From positions 1-33,703 of the forward strand of contig JBBIPG010000018.1 in NCBI GenBank assembly GCA_037442925.1: DNA of 33,703 bases. Direction: 5' to 3'. Source of the DNA: Candidatus Fraserbacteria bacterium (lineage in GTDB: Bacteria; Bipolaricaulota; Bipolaricaulia; RBG-16-55-9). The notes under the pieces were generated by a model. That model was not told the origin of the DNA and did not search any database. It saw only the letters and a program-made list of their open reading frames with translations. Below are positions 1 to 9,922 of the stretch, piece by piece. The position numbers were made by a program, and so were the translations under genes. Within the stretch, counting starts at the first letter, position 1, and every line of letters begins with the position of its first letter.

Positions 1-2
1 CA

Positions 3-383
3 GCAGGAAGCCTCACAACGCACTTCTTCCGTTTTGTGGACCCGCAGATTTTCGATGCTGTCGAACGCACATTCTTGGTCTGGGTCATGCTGATCGTCGG
101 CGGCACGGGCAATAACCGCGGAGCCATCTTGGGGGCGTTCATCATGTGGTTCGTCTGGACAGCTCCTCAGAATCTGAACGACGTGCTACCGGCTACTTTG
201 GATACTCCTCTGGGCAAGCTCAATGTGGCAGCTCAGCTCTTCGGGCCCATTCGGCTCATCTTGGTCGTCATCGCACTGGAACTGATCTTGCTTTTTCGCC
301 CCAAAGGGATCTTGGGTGAAGAGAAGATCACATCGACTCTGGTAGCCCAGGCTCCCGATGCCAAATCTGACTCGGCAAACTAG
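3..383 (+). CDS. Branched-chain amino acid ABC transporter permease (LivM-like), 5'-truncated by window edge
   Basis: Frame is open from base 3 (AGSLTTHFFRFVDPQIF...). Motifs WVMLIVGGTGNNRGAILGA and LLFRPKGILGE are typical of LivM C-termini. Confidence 0.88.
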   Translation, partial: AGSLTTHFFRFVDPQIFDAVERTFLVWVMLIVGGTGNNRGAILGAFIMWFVWTAPQNLNDVLPATLDTPLGKLNVAAQLFGPIRLILVVIALELILLFRPKGILGEEKITSTLVAQAPDAKSDSAN

Positions 384-411
384 AAGACCTCCGGAGTGCC
401 GGAGGTCTTCT
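382..411. terminator. Bidirectional intrinsic terminator-like hairpin between convergent genes
   Basis: Perfect 13-bp inverted repeat AGAAGACCTCCGG-agtg-CCGGAGGTCTTCT, starting at the permease stop and lying just past the 3' end of the convergent binding-protein gene. Confidence 0.75.
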
Positions 412-437
412 CTTGCCAGATCTTACAGTTTAGATCG

Positions 438-1736
438 TTATGGAGGAGGCGTGCAGGTTGGCGGGGTGCCCGCAGCACAACTGTAGGGCACTGGATCATC
501 AACGATCTTGCCATTGACGATCTTCCATGTCCCGACCGGGCCCACCGGCTCACCGGCCGCGTCAAGATCGACGGAGCCCGATGCGCCCTCGTAGTTGACG
601 TCCTTGCCTGCCCGGATGTCAGCCAATGCTTGACCCAGCTGGCCCACCGTGTAGACCGTTCCTGGTGGGTTGGCTCCGAAGCGCATGGCGTCGCGGATGG
701 CCGGCCCATTGTACACACCTGCCTTCTCAATGGCTAGAGCAAGCAGAGCCAGCGCATCGAAGGAGTGCGGCGTGAAGACGAAGGGGTCTTCGTTCAATCT
801 CGCACGGTAGGCTTTGGCATAGGCTTCCCCACCGGCTCCCGGGGCGAGCGCCGGAGCCGAACCCACCTTGCCCTCCAGAGGTCCTGTGCCAATGGATGCG
901 ACCAAGCGATCGATCAGGTCCTGATTCTTGTTTCCGTCGACGAGCAGGTCAAAGTTGGTCACACCTGCCTGCACCATCTGTGTAATCAGCTGCTCACCCT
1001 CGTCGAAGGTGATCAGCGAGATGGCGTCTGGGTTTCCTGCGCTGGCGGCCGCAATCTGTGCGGAGAAGTTCGTGGTATCTGTTGCGTAGAGCTCTAGAGC
1101 GTTGACCGTTCCGCCCTTCGCCTCGAACTCTCGCTTGAGCACATCCGCTAGACCCGCTCCGTATGCGTCGTTGCGGGCGATGATGGAGATATTGCGATAG
1201 CCCTTCACACGAAAGGCCAGATCCGCGAGTACGATGCCCTGCAGGGTGTCCGGTGGTGCGGTTCTAAACAGGAAGTCGTTGTCCTGCAGGTTGGTGATGG
1301 CCGGAGACGTAGCAGACGGTGAAATCTGTACGACTTGGTTTGGTACCGTCACAGAAGTAGCAATGGGAATGGTCACACCACTGGCTGCCGCTCCGAAGAG
1401 CGCTTCCACACCGACGACGTTGACCAAGTTGTCTGCAGCCGCGACGCCCGTGGTCGGGTTCGTGCCACTGTCACGGGTCACCAACTCTACGCGCCGACCA
1501 CCCAGCAAGCCGCCTGCCCCGTTGACCTCATCCAAGGCGATTTGTGCGGCTACCAAGAATCGAGGCCCGAAGCTGGCCAGCGTACCGCTCAGTGGAATGA
1601 CGGCTCCGATGAGAATGGGTTCCTGTCCGAACGTGCCAAATCGCCCCAAGGCCAGTGTGCCTGCTGCCAATCCCATGCCCTTGAGCAGCGTTCGGCGGGA
1701 GACACGCTTGTTGCCTTCTAACAGAACATTAGACAT
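438..1736 (-). CDS. ABC transporter substrate-binding protein, LivJ/LivK (branched-chain amino acid) family, Tat signal
   Basis: Twin-arginine motif SRRTLLK followed by a hydrophobic stretch. Family motifs IGAVIPLSG, QISPSATSP, FLFRTAPPD, NDAYGAGL, YEGASGSVDLD. RBS AGGAGG upstream. Confidence 0.9.
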   Translation of the reverse strand: MSNVLLEGNKRVSRRTLLKGMGLAAGTLALGRFGTFGQEPILIGAVIPLSGTLASFGPRFLVAAQIALDEVNGAGGLLGGRRVELVTRDSGTNPTTGVAAADNLVNVVGVEALFGAAASGVTIPIATSVTVPNQVVQISPSATSPAITNLQDNDFLFRTAPPDTLQGIVLADLAFRVKGYRNISIIARNDAYGAGLADVLKREFEAKGGTVNALELYATDTTNFSAQIAAASAGNPDAISLITFDEGEQLITQMVQAGVTNFDLLVDGNKNQDLIDRLVASIGTGPLEGKVGSAPALAPGAGGEAYAKAYRARLNEDPFVFTPHSFDALALLALAIEKAGVYNGPAIRDAMRFGANPPGTVYTVGQLGQALADIRAGKDVNYEGASGSVDLDAAGEPVGPVGTWKIVNGKIVDDPVPYSCAAGTPPTCTPPP

Positions 1737-1887
1737 CTTTTACCCTCCTTTTTGTTTCGTGTGGTCTAGACCCACAAATACTGATGTTCCGCGCGGTACA
1801 GTTTTTTGCGCTCTTTTTGTCACGATGCTGAGGGTATCCCACCCCCTTTTCGTTGATCCGGTTGACTTTTGCCACCTACAAATTTGA

Positions 1888-1916
1888 TTTATATCATATC
1901 TCTTCACAATTGTCAA
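1888..1916 (-). promoter_or_regulatory. Sigma70-type promoter for the substrate-binding protein gene
   Basis: Minus strand TTGACA-17 nt-TATAAA with TG just upstream of the -10. Confidence 0.6.
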
Positions 1917-1941
1917 GGGTATCATGCAAAGAAATAAGGCA

Positions 1942-2298
1942 TCAGGCGCGGATCGTATAGGATCGAGTTGGCTCCAGAACTTTGGTGGTCGGGTCCACTT
2001 TGAGCCCTAAGGCCTCCAAAGCTTCAGCTCCTAGGAGCGGTTCGGCTCCCGGCAGGAGCACCGCGGTAGCCGGTGCCTCTCGATCCTTGATGCGGATCAC
2101 CACGGTACCAACCTGTGCTTCAACGGACTGTCCGTTGGCCAGGCGCAGCTTGAGCGGTCTGGGCAGCCTGGGAATCCCCAAAGCCTCTGCGAGCTCTGGA
2201 GAAAGCACCGTATATGTAGCTCCTGTGTCCACCAAGGCGGTCACCTTACGCTCGCCTCGAGATCCAATTAAGGTCAATTCAATCTGGACGTGTCCCAT
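1942..2298 (-). CDS. Clan AA (retropepsin-like) aspartic protease, AF_0612-like
   Basis: ALVDTGATYT catalytic motif, LANG flap, PLLGAEALEALGLKVDP C-terminal motif. Confidence 0.88.
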   Translation of the reverse strand: MGHVQIELTLIGSRGERKVTALVDTGATYTVLSPELAEALGIPRLPRPLKLRLANGQSVEAQVGTVVIRIKDREAPATAVLLPGAEPLLGAEALEALGLKVDPTTKVLEPTRSYTIRA

Positions 2299-2350
2299 GT
2301 CTTTCTCAATATACGCCTTTAGGAAGAGGCATGCAAATGGAATGAAACGC

Positions 2351-2380
2351 TTGCATCTCGCTCCCTCTCACGCCTATAAT
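2351..2380 (+). promoter_or_regulatory. Putative sigma70 promoter of the gcv operon
   Basis: TTGCAT-18 nt-TATAAT about 30 nt upstream of the gcvH ATG, which has an AGGGAG RBS. Confidence 0.5.
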
Positions 2381-2411
2381 CGGCCTACATCCCATCGGCG
2401 AAGGGAGTATT

Positions 2412-2804
2412 ATGTCTTATCCAAAAGGACTCAAATACACGAAAGAACACGAATACGTCAAATCAGAAGGCAAGAGGGCGCGCGTCGGCATCACCGATTA
2501 CGCTCAGAAGCAATTGGGCGATATCGTCTATATTGAACTGCCGAAAGTCAACAGAGTCGTCAAGCAGTCTGATGCGTTTATCACAGTGGAGAGCGTCAAA
2601 GCAGCCTCCGACGTCTATGCCCCCGTAAGCGGCACGGTAGTCGAAGTGAATGCGAGCCTCCAAGATCATCCGGAGCTGGTCAACCAATCGCCATACGAGA
2701 GAGGCTGGATGGCCCTCATCGAGATGAGCAATCCCAAGGAACTTGAAACCCTCATGAGTGCGGAGGAGTACGAGAAGCATATCGGAGAACTCCAGCAATC
2801 GTAA
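2412..2804 (+). CDS. gcvH: Glycine cleavage system H protein
   Basis: KYTKEHEY, GITDYAQKQLGDIVY, lipoyl-lysine motif VESVKAASDVYAPVSG, VNQSPYERGW. Confidence 0.97.
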   Translation: MSYPKGLKYTKEHEYVKSEGKRARVGITDYAQKQLGDIVYIELPKVNRVVKQSDAFITVESVKAASDVYAPVSGTVVEVNASLQDHPELVNQSPYERGWMALIEMSNPKELETLMSAEEYEKHIGELQQS

Positions 2805-2879
2805 TTGTTTTCATCCTTGAGTAGATGACCGCGATCATGGCGCTTCGGATCTTATGGAGCTAGCATCTCACGTGTAGTC

Positions 2880-4220
2880 ATGAGCGAGTTCATCCCCCAT
2901 ACTCTAGAAGATCAACGCCAGATGCTCCAAGCCATCGGACTTAATTCCATCGATGAGCTTTTCTCGGACATCCCTCAAGAGATCCTCCGTCGCTACCAGC
3001 CTCTGGGATTGAAGCCGCTAAGTGAACTGGAAGCCAAACAACTCTTGACTCGAATCGCCGACGAAAACCTAGATCCCTCCCGCTACATCTCGTTTCTCGG
3101 AGGTGGAGTCTACGATCATCACGTTCCCAGTGTCGTCAACCATTTGTTCACGCGCTCCGAGTTTTTCACGAGTTACACGCCGTATCAAGCCGAAGTCAGC
3201 CAAGGGACACTGACGTGGATGTTCGAGTTTCAGACGATGGTCTGCGAGATTACCGGCATGGATGTGGCCAATGCATCCATGTACGACGGCGGATCCGCCC
3301 TGGCGGAAGCCATGCTCATGGCCCACAACATCACGGACAAAACGAAGTTTCTCATGGCGAAGAGCATTCACCCCCATTATCGGCAGATCATTGAAACATA
3401 CGCTTGGGCAGCGGGCTTGGAGCTGATCGAAGTCCCGTACGATGAGAACGCCCAGCTCGATACGAGCTTCGTCCAAAAGCATGCCACAGACGATCTGGGC
3501 GGCCTGCTTGTGCAAACTCCCAACTTCTTCGGGGTCATCGAAGATCTCTCTCCGCTAAAAAACACAATTAAGAATGCGCTGCTTTGCGTCAGTGTTCATC
3601 CACTATCGCTTGGCATTCTTCGCCCGCCGGGGGAGTTCGGCGCAGATATCGCCGTGGGAGAAGGACAGGTCTTGGGAAATTCTCCCAATTTCGGCGGGCC
3701 ACTATTAGGGCTCTTTGCCTGCAAGAGCGCCCATCTCCGAAAGATGCCGGGCCGCATCTCGGGAAGAACGACAGATGCCAAGGGCAATGTGGGGTATATC
3801 ATGACGCTCCAAGCCCGCGAGCAGCACATCCGTCGGGCCAAAGCCACATCCAACATCTGCACCAATCAAGCGCTCTGTGCTCTCGCTGCGACCATCTATC
3901 TGGCTGTACTGGGCAAGCGTGGATTCCGCAAACTTGCTGAATTGAACACTCAAAAAGCGCACTATCTGGCACGCAAGCTTACAAGCATTCGTGGGTTCTC
4001 GCTCAAGTGGCCGAAGGCCCCGTTCTTCAACGAGTTCGCTCTCCAGACACCCATTAAACCTTCAGAACTCTTGAATAGACTCCGAGAGCGAGGCTTCTTG
4101 GGCGGGTTTGATCTCGAACCCTACGGCTACGAGCGAACTCTACTCATTGCCGTAACCGAGAAACGTACTCGCCAAGAGATGGATGGCTTTGCTCAAGCAA
4201 TCAAGGAGGCCTCACAATGA
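2880..4220 (+). CDS. gcvPA: Glycine dehydrogenase (decarboxylating) subunit 1
   Basis: SEFFTSYTPYQAEVSQG, ANASMYDG, REQHIRRAKATSNICTNQAL. Confidence 0.97.
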   Translation: MSEFIPHTLEDQRQMLQAIGLNSIDELFSDIPQEILRRYQPLGLKPLSELEAKQLLTRIADENLDPSRYISFLGGGVYDHHVPSVVNHLFTRSEFFTSYTPYQAEVSQGTLTWMFEFQTMVCEITGMDVANASMYDGGSALAEAMLMAHNITDKTKFLMAKSIHPHYRQIIETYAWAAGLELIEVPYDENAQLDTSFVQKHATDDLGGLLVQTPNFFGVIEDLSPLKNTIKNALLCVSVHPLSLGILRPPGEFGADIAVGEGQVLGNSPNFGGPLLGLFACKSAHLRKMPGRISGRTTDAKGNVGYIMTLQAREQHIRRAKATSNICTNQALCALAATIYLAVLGKRGFRKLAELNTQKAHYLARKLTSIRGFSLKWPKAPFFNEFALQTPIKPSELLNRLRERGFLGGFDLEPYGYERTLLIAVTEKRTRQEMDGFAQAIKEASQ

Positions 4221-5680
4221 AGCCGGGCGATACGATCTACGATCGCGGGGCACCCGGCCGCTACGCGCTCAGCCTGCCGGAGCCCGATGTAGAGACGAAG
4301 CCCCTTAAAGAGCTGATCCCGCAAGCTCTCCTGCGCCCGGATGACCCGGAATTGCCCGAGGTCAGCCAGATTGAACTCATCCGGCACTACACGGCCCTCT
4401 CTCAGAGGAATTACGGTGTAGATACGGGCGTCTATCCCTTGGGCTCATGCACGATGAAATACAACCCGCGCATCAACGAGGAGACCTCGGGCCTTGCTCC
4501 TTTTGCTTTCTCCCACCCTCTGCAAGGGGAAGACCATTCCCAAGGCAATCTCAGATTGATGTATGAGCTGGCAGAGTTGCTCAAGAAGATCGCCGGTCTC
4601 GATGAGATCACTTTGCAACCCGCTGCCGGAGCACACGGCGAATTTCTGGGCATGTTGCTGATCAAGAAGTATTTCGAGGAGCATGGCCAGCTGGCAGAGC
4701 GCAAGAAGATCCTGCTGCCTGACTCTGCCCACGGGACGAACCCAGCCTCCGCCCACATTGCTGGTTTTGAAGTGATTGAGATCCCATCGGATTCGAGGGG
4801 CATGGTCGATCTGCAAGCCCTCAAAAAGAACGTGGATGAGTCTGTGGCCGGCATCATGCTCACCGTTCCCAACACACTGGGGATCTTCGAGGAAGATATC
4901 TTAGAGATCACCGAGCTGATTCACGAGGCGGGCGGCTTCTGCTATTTCGATGGGGCGAATCTCAATTCGATAGTGGGGCGAGCGCGGCCGGGGGACTTTG
5001 GCGTGGACATCGTTCACTTCAACCTGCATAAGACGTTCTCTACCCCTCACGGCGGAGGAGGCCCTGGTGCGGGTCCCGTCGCCGTAATTGAAAAACTAGC
5101 TGCCTATCTGCCTGTGCCGCTTGTCAAGCGGAAAGATGGGAGATTCTATCTTGACTACGACCGCCCGAAATCCATCGGGAGACTTCACTCGTTCTACGGA
5201 AATTTCTCCGTGCTCGTGCGGGCATACACGTATATTCGCATGCTGGGAGATGAGGGACTCAAAGCCGTGAGCGCCAACGCCGTGCTCAACGCGAATTATC
5301 TCAAAGAGCGCTTGAAGCGCTATTACAAACTGCCCTTCGAGCGCCTCTGCAAACACGAAGTCGTGCTTTCGGGCAAGGGGCTGGCAGAAGATGTGCATAC
5401 GATCGATATTGCGAAGAGATTGATCGATCACGGCTTCCATCCGCCTACGGTCTACTTCCCGCTCATTGTGCCGGAAGCGCTGATGATCGAGCCCACGGAG
5501 ACGGTCTCGAAAGAAGAGCTAGATGCTTTAGCAGACGCCTTCCTTGAGATCGCTCGCGAGGCTAAAGAGAGTCCAGAATTACTAAGAATGGCGCCCCATA
5601 ACGCTCCGGTGGGGAGGCTGGATGACGTGAAGGCCGCCCGAGATCCCGTGCTACGAATACCCAAAGCGGCCACTCGGTAG
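4217..5680 (+). CDS. gcvPB: Glycine dehydrogenase (decarboxylating) subunit 2
   Basis: YPLGSCTMKYNP, QPAAGAHGE, AHGTNPAS, PLP-lysine motif HFNLHKTFSTPHGGGGPG. ATGA overlap with gcvPA. Confidence 0.97.
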   Translation: MKPGDTIYDRGAPGRYALSLPEPDVETKPLKELIPQALLRPDDPELPEVSQIELIRHYTALSQRNYGVDTGVYPLGSCTMKYNPRINEETSGLAPFAFSHPLQGEDHSQGNLRLMYELAELLKKIAGLDEITLQPAAGAHGEFLGMLLIKKYFEEHGQLAERKKILLPDSAHGTNPASAHIAGFEVIEIPSDSRGMVDLQALKKNVDESVAGIMLTVPNTLGIFEEDILEITELIHEAGGFCYFDGANLNSIVGRARPGDFGVDIVHFNLHKTFSTPHGGGGPGAGPVAVIEKLAAYLPVPLVKRKDGRFYLDYDRPKSIGRLHSFYGNFSVLVRAYTYIRMLGDEGLKAVSANAVLNANYLKERLKRYYKLPFERLCKHEVVLSGKGLAEDVHTIDIAKRLIDHGFHPPTVYFPLIVPEALMIEPTETVSKEELDALADAFLEIAREAKESPELLRMAPHNAPVGRLDDVKAARDPVLRIPKAATR

Positions 5681-5682
5681 CC

Positions 5683-8361
5683 TCAGACCTCGCCCCAATT
5701 CTTCCCAAGTTTCACATCCACTTTCAAGGGCACAGCCAACTCCATCACGCTTTCCATTGTCTTTTTGATGATCTGAGCAGTGCTCTTTGCCCGATCTTGA
5801 TCCACCTCGAAGATCAGCTCATCGTGGATCTGCAAGAGCATGTCTGCCTTAAGGCTCCCCGCTTGGATCTGCTCATAGAGGCGAATCATCGCCAGCTTCA
5901 TGAGATCTGCCGCGCTTGCCTGGATGGGCATGTTGATCGCCTCACGCTCCGAGCGACTATCTAACTTCCCGAAGTAGCGTCGCCTCCCCATGAGTGATTC
6001 GACGTAGCCCTGTTCCCGCGCTTGGTTTACAATGCGCTCCATGTATGCCTTCACACCAGGGTAGCTCGCAAAATAACTCTGGATGAATTGATCGGCGTCT
6101 TTGCGAGGGATCTTCGCCCACTGAGAGAGCCCATAGCTGCTCATCCCATACGCCAGCCCAAAATTGATTCGTTTGGCGATATCCCGTTGTTGAGCATTCA
6201 CCTTCTCCAGCGGCATTGAGAAAATCGTGGCGGCCGTGCGCGCGTGGATGTCCTCATCGCGCGCGAAGGCTTCCATCAGACCTCGATCTGCGGTGATGTG
6301 TGCCATGATTCGTAGTTCAATCTGCGAGTAGTCGGCCCCGATGAAGACTCGGCCCCTCGGAGCAATAAACGCCTCACGGATCTGACCACCCAGTTGCGAT
6401 CGGATGGGAATATTCTGCAGATTGGGCTCGCTGGAGCTAAGACGCCCTGTGGCTGTCACGCCCTGATTGAAGGACGTATGAATCCGGCCTGTAGCTGGGT
6501 TGATGTGCTCCGGCAGCTTGCGCACGTACGTGTTGAGCAGTTTTTCCAGTTCGCGATATGTCAAAAGCTTTTCGGGCAGGGGATGCGACGCCGCCAACTC
6601 TTCCAACACAAGGGCATCTGTGGATGGCCCCGTCTTCGTCTTCTTAAGGACGGGAAGATTCAGCTTATCAAAGAGAATCTGCGCCACTTGCTTGGGCGAG
6701 TTGGGATTGAACTCTTCCCCGGCCAACTGAAAGATCTCATGTCGGAGCTGATCGAGCAATACTTCCAGCTCTTTGCCTTGCTCGCGCAGCACGTCTTGAT
6801 CGATCAAGATGCCCTTAAGTTCCATGGCAAGGAGCACAGGGATGAGCGGAAGCTCCACCTCATAAAAGAGCTTTTCTAGTTTGTGCTCCGTAAGCTTCGG
6901 CAACATCACGTCTTTGAGGCGGATGACGGCTTCGGCGTCGGCAACCGAATACTCAGCCGCATCTTCCAGGGAGACCTTGCTCATCTTGGCCTTGCCCAGA
7001 TCTCGAAAACTCTTCATGCCGTGACCCAAATAGCGCAGCGCCAGCTCATTTAAGTCTTTCCTGCTCTCAGGATCGAGCAAGTAGCCAGCCAGCATCGAGT
7101 CAAAGGCAATCTTGCGCAGATGCACTCCAGAACGAGCCAGAACTTTGGCATCATATTTGAGATTCTGGCCGATGATGGCTAGGCTATCGCTCTCCAGAAT
7201 GGGTTTGAGCTTGCTGAGCACGGTTGCCCTGTTCAACTGAGGGGGGATGTCTAGACCCTCATGGCCCACAGGGATGTAGTAGCCCTTGTGCGGCTCCAGG
7301 GCGATCGCGATCCCCACGATCTCGGCCTTCATGTCATCTTGACTGGTCGTCTCAAGATCCAGCGAGATCTCGCGGGATCTTACTAGTCTCTCGCACAAAC
7401 GGGTAAGAGCTTGCTCAGCCAAGATGATCTCGGAGTCCACTTTGTGAAGGGGCTGAGGCATTGCTGGTCCGCTCAAGCCCAGTTCCTTGAGGATGCTCTG
7501 AAATTCCAACTCCTCAAAAATCCTCTGGATCTCGGTCCAGTCCGGTATCCCCACTTTGCAACGTTGGAGAGGGTTTTGGATGGGTATTCTCTCAAGGCTC
7601 ACAAGCTCATAGCTCAGCTGGGCTTGGTCTTTATGCTCTAGAAGCGCCTGTCGGACTCGCTGGTTTCCCAGGCGCTCGGCGTTTTGCAACACGTGTTCGA
7701 GAGTGCCAAACTCATGCAAGAGCTTGCGGGCTGTGACTTCGCCCACACCCGGCACGCCGGGCACGTTGTCCGTGCTATCGCCCGTCAGTGCCAGATAATC
7801 GCGAATCCTTGAAGGCGGCACACCCAAATAGTGTTCCACTTCCGTCGCATCCATCCTCGCGAAGTCCTTGCCCGGATCACGCGAGGGCTTTAAGACGGCA
7901 ATCTGATCATCCACCAGCTGCATGAGATCTTTATCTCCACTTACGATGAGCACTTCGAGACTCTGTTCCCTTGCGTGCTCGACAAGCGTGGCGATGAGAT
8001 CGTCTGCTTCATAGCCGGGCTCTTCGAAGCGGGCGATGCCAAAGACATCGATCAACTCCTTCACACGAGGGATCTGGACGGCAAGCGCATCTTCCATTTT
8101 GGGACGGCCTGCCTTGTACGCTCCATAGCGCTTGTGGCGCAGCTTTTCTCCCGGTGCATCGAATGCCACTGCCATGTACCGTGAGGGATACTCACGAAGC
8201 AGTTTCAAGAGTGTTCTTGTGAATCCGTATATGGCACCCGTGGGAAATCCGGCGCGCGTCGAAAAATTTTTCAGAACGTGATACGCAGGATGGAGAATGG
8301 ATCCCGCATCCAGGATCAAGATTCTCTTCTCATGCACGCTTTCTCGATTCAGTGCAGTCAT
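5683..8361 (-). CDS. polA: DNA polymerase I (5'-3' exonuclease, 3'-5' exonuclease and polymerase domains)
   Basis: GYEADDLIATL, GDSTDNVPGVPGVG, ExoI DLETT, ExoII NLKYD, TGRLSSSEPNLQNIP, motif A DYSQIELR, motif B KRINFGLAYG, motif C QIHDEL. The start could instead be the GTG at 8337. Confidence 0.97.
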   Translation of the reverse strand: MTALNRESVHEKRILILDAGSILHPAYHVLKNFSTRAGFPTGAIYGFTRTLLKLLREYPSRYMAVAFDAPGEKLRHKRYGAYKAGRPKMEDALAVQIPRVKELIDVFGIARFEEPGYEADDLIATLVEHAREQSLEVLIVSGDKDLMQLVDDQIAVLKPSRDPGKDFARMDATEVEHYLGVPPSRIRDYLALTGDSTDNVPGVPGVGEVTARKLLHEFGTLEHVLQNAERLGNQRVRQALLEHKDQAQLSYELVSLERIPIQNPLQRCKVGIPDWTEIQRIFEELEFQSILKELGLSGPAMPQPLHKVDSEIILAEQALTRLCERLVRSREISLDLETTSQDDMKAEIVGIAIALEPHKGYYIPVGHEGLDIPPQLNRATVLSKLKPILESDSLAIIGQNLKYDAKVLARSGVHLRKIAFDSMLAGYLLDPESRKDLNELALRYLGHGMKSFRDLGKAKMSKVSLEDAAEYSVADAEAVIRLKDVMLPKLTEHKLEKLFYEVELPLIPVLLAMELKGILIDQDVLREQGKELEVLLDQLRHEIFQLAGEEFNPNSPKQVAQILFDKLNLPVLKKTKTGPSTDALVLEELAASHPLPEKLLTYRELEKLLNTYVRKLPEHINPATGRIHTSFNQGVTATGRLSSSEPNLQNIPIRSQLGGQIREAFIAPRGRVFIGADYSQIELRIMAHITADRGLMEAFARDEDIHARTAATIFSMPLEKVNAQQRDIAKRINFGLAYGMSSYGLSQWAKIPRKDADQFIQSYFASYPGVKAYMERIVNQAREQGYVESLMGRRRYFGKLDSRSEREAINMPIQASAADLMKLAMIRLYEQIQAGSLKADMLLQIHDELIFEVDQDRAKSTAQIIKKTMESVMELAVPLKVDVKLGKNWGEV

Positions 8362-8869
8362 GCTTTCGCGCTTCCCTAAGCCAGCTCCCCTGCGAACGAC
8401 GTTTCAAGAGATGACAAAGCGCCACAGCCAAAGCATCGGCAGCGTCATCAGGCTTGGGCAACTCCTTCAATCCCAATAATCGCTGGACCATGGCCTGAAT
8501 CTGCGGTTTCTTGGCCCGCCCGTAGCCGCAGATCTGACGCTTCACCTCCAAGGGCGTATAGCTTTCAACATCCAAACGATGTGCAGCGAGCAGCACGACA
8601 CCACGAGCCTGTGAGACAGCCATGGCCGTTGTGACATTCCTGTTGAAGAAGAGCTGCTCGACAGCTGCGGCTTTGGGCTGAAACTCTTCAATCAAATTCA
8701 CCACTTCATCATAGATTGACTTCAGTCGGTGAGGAACGGGGTTTTCTGGAGACGTTCGAATCACTCCGGCTTCTAGGACCTTTAGTCTCGTCTTTTGAGA
8801 AGAATTGCCCTCCTGAACGAGTGCATAGCCGGTGATGGCCAGTCCTGGGTCAATCCCCAACACTCTCAT
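8330..8869 (-). CDS. ruvC: Holliday junction resolvase RuvC
   Basis: MRVLGIDPGLAITGY, AVEQLFFNRN, YTPLEVK, DDAADALAVALCH. Start reassigned to the ATG at 8869 because the ORF-track extension overlaps the upstream gene. Confidence 0.95.
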   Translation of the reverse strand: MRVLGIDPGLAITGYALVQEGNSSQKTRLKVLEAGVIRTSPENPVPHRLKSIYDEVVNLIEEFQPKAAAVEQLFFNRNVTTAMAVSQARGVVLLAAHRLDVESYTPLEVKRQICGYGRAKKPQIQAMVQRLLGLKELPKPDDAADALAVALCHLLKRRSQGSWLREARKHDCTESRKRA

Positions 8870-8880
8870 TGGCTCCCAGC

Positions 8881-9396
8881 TCACGTGAGTAGCTCTTTGA
8901 GTTTCTCCAACCGTGGATCGACGCAATGCTCTTGCGCACACGTACAAGCCTGCCGGTTGAGATCTTGTCCGCATGTGGGACACAAGCCTTTACAGTCGGG
9001 GCGACAGAGTGGCTTACTCTCCAACGATGTGGCAATCAGCTGCTCAAAATAGGGCAGGAGCTCCAGCTGATCGACTCCATGCTCGTAGCTGAACCCATCA
9101 AGAAGAACTCCCTCGAACCCCGTCTCCGGCTCCTCATGGATCTCCATGGATCTCTCCAAGCGGACGGGATAAGATACGGGCTTCAAGCACCGGCTGCATT
9201 CAAGTTCGATTTCGGTTGTGAGTTGAACGTCCACATAGACAACGCCGCTGCGATAGAGCGCTTGTCCTTTCATGCCCACCGCGCGTGTGAAGGTCACAGG
9301 GCGCCCCTTGTACGCCATGTGTCCCCAGTTCTCCAAGTGCTCAAAGGCGTGGGGTCGCCCCTCCAAAGACTTTAGCCGCTTTACGCTTAACCTCAA
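8881..9396 (-). CDS. yceD: DUF177/YceD family protein (23S rRNA accumulation)
   Basis: CSRCLKP, KPLCRPDCKGLCPTCGQDLN and C-terminal DPRLEKLKELL. Confidence 0.9.
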   Translation of the reverse strand: MRLSVKRLKSLEGRPHAFEHLENWGHMAYKGRPVTFTRAVGMKGQALYRSGVVYVDVQLTTEIELECSRCLKPVSYPVRLERSMEIHEEPETGFEGVLLDGFSYEHGVDQLELLPYFEQLIATSLESKPLCRPDCKGLCPTCGQDLNRQACTCAQEHCVDPRLEKLKELLT

Positions 9397-9458
9397 CTTC
9401 GATCACCCAAGGATGATCATAACAAGCTGCACCAGATCTAGCAAAAGCTGGGTTCCGC

Positions 9459-9487
9459 TTGACGAGGCACCTTGGCGCATCTATAAA
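9459..9487 (+). promoter_or_regulatory. Putative sigma70 promoter for the DoxX cluster
   Basis: TTGACG-17 nt-TATAAA about 45 nt upstream of the ATG at 9533. Confidence 0.4.
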
Positions 9488-9532
9488 GTAAGACTACACG
9501 GGTTCATAGCCCAGAAATGGAGGTACGGAGGT

Positions 9533-9922
9533 ATGGACATTCTCTTTCTCATGGGGCGCATCTTGTATTCGCTCATCTTCCTAGTAAGCGGCATAGGCCA
9601 TTTCATACGCCTAGAGCAGATGGCCCCCTACGCCCAGGCCAAAGGAGTTCCGGCCCCCAAGCTGGCCGTAGCCGGCACGGGCGTCTTGCTGCTGCTGGGA
9701 GGCCTAAGCGTGCTCTTGGGCTTCTATCCCACCGTCGGCCTCATCTTGCTCATCGCCTTTCTGGTACCCACCACGCTCATGATGCATCGCTTCTGGGACA
9801 TTGACGACCCCATGCAGCGCCAGATGGAGATGGTGAACTTCAACAAGAACCTGGCACTTCTTGGGGCAGCCCTCATGCTGCTTCTGCTGGAGCGCTGGCC
9901 GCTTAGCTTAGGCGGCTGGTAG
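9533..9922 (+). CDS. DoxX family membrane protein
   Basis: GRILYSLIFLVSGIGHF, MHRFW, NFNKNLALLGAAL. GGAGG RBS before the ATG at 9533, so the ORF-track start at 9272 is too early. Confidence 0.9.
   Translation: MDILFLMGRILYSLIFLVSGIGHFIRLEQMAPYAQAKGVPAPKLAVAGTGVLLLLGGLSVLLGFYPTVGLILLIAFLVPTTLMMHRFWDIDDPMQRQMEMVNFNKNLALLGAALMLLLLERWPLSLGGW

Noticed and set aside
1740..1925. 61-aa ORF upstream of the binding-protein gene as a leader peptide
   Set aside because: It starts upstream of and runs through the predicted promoter, has no RBS, and lacks a run of regulatory codons.
2299..2411. Possible glycine riboswitch before gcvH
   Set aside because: The predicted leader is only about 25 nt and has no aptamer motifs.
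9272..9532. N-terminal extension of the DoxX ORF
   Set aside because: It overlaps divergent yceD and the promoter region. A clear RBS and ATG exist at 9533.
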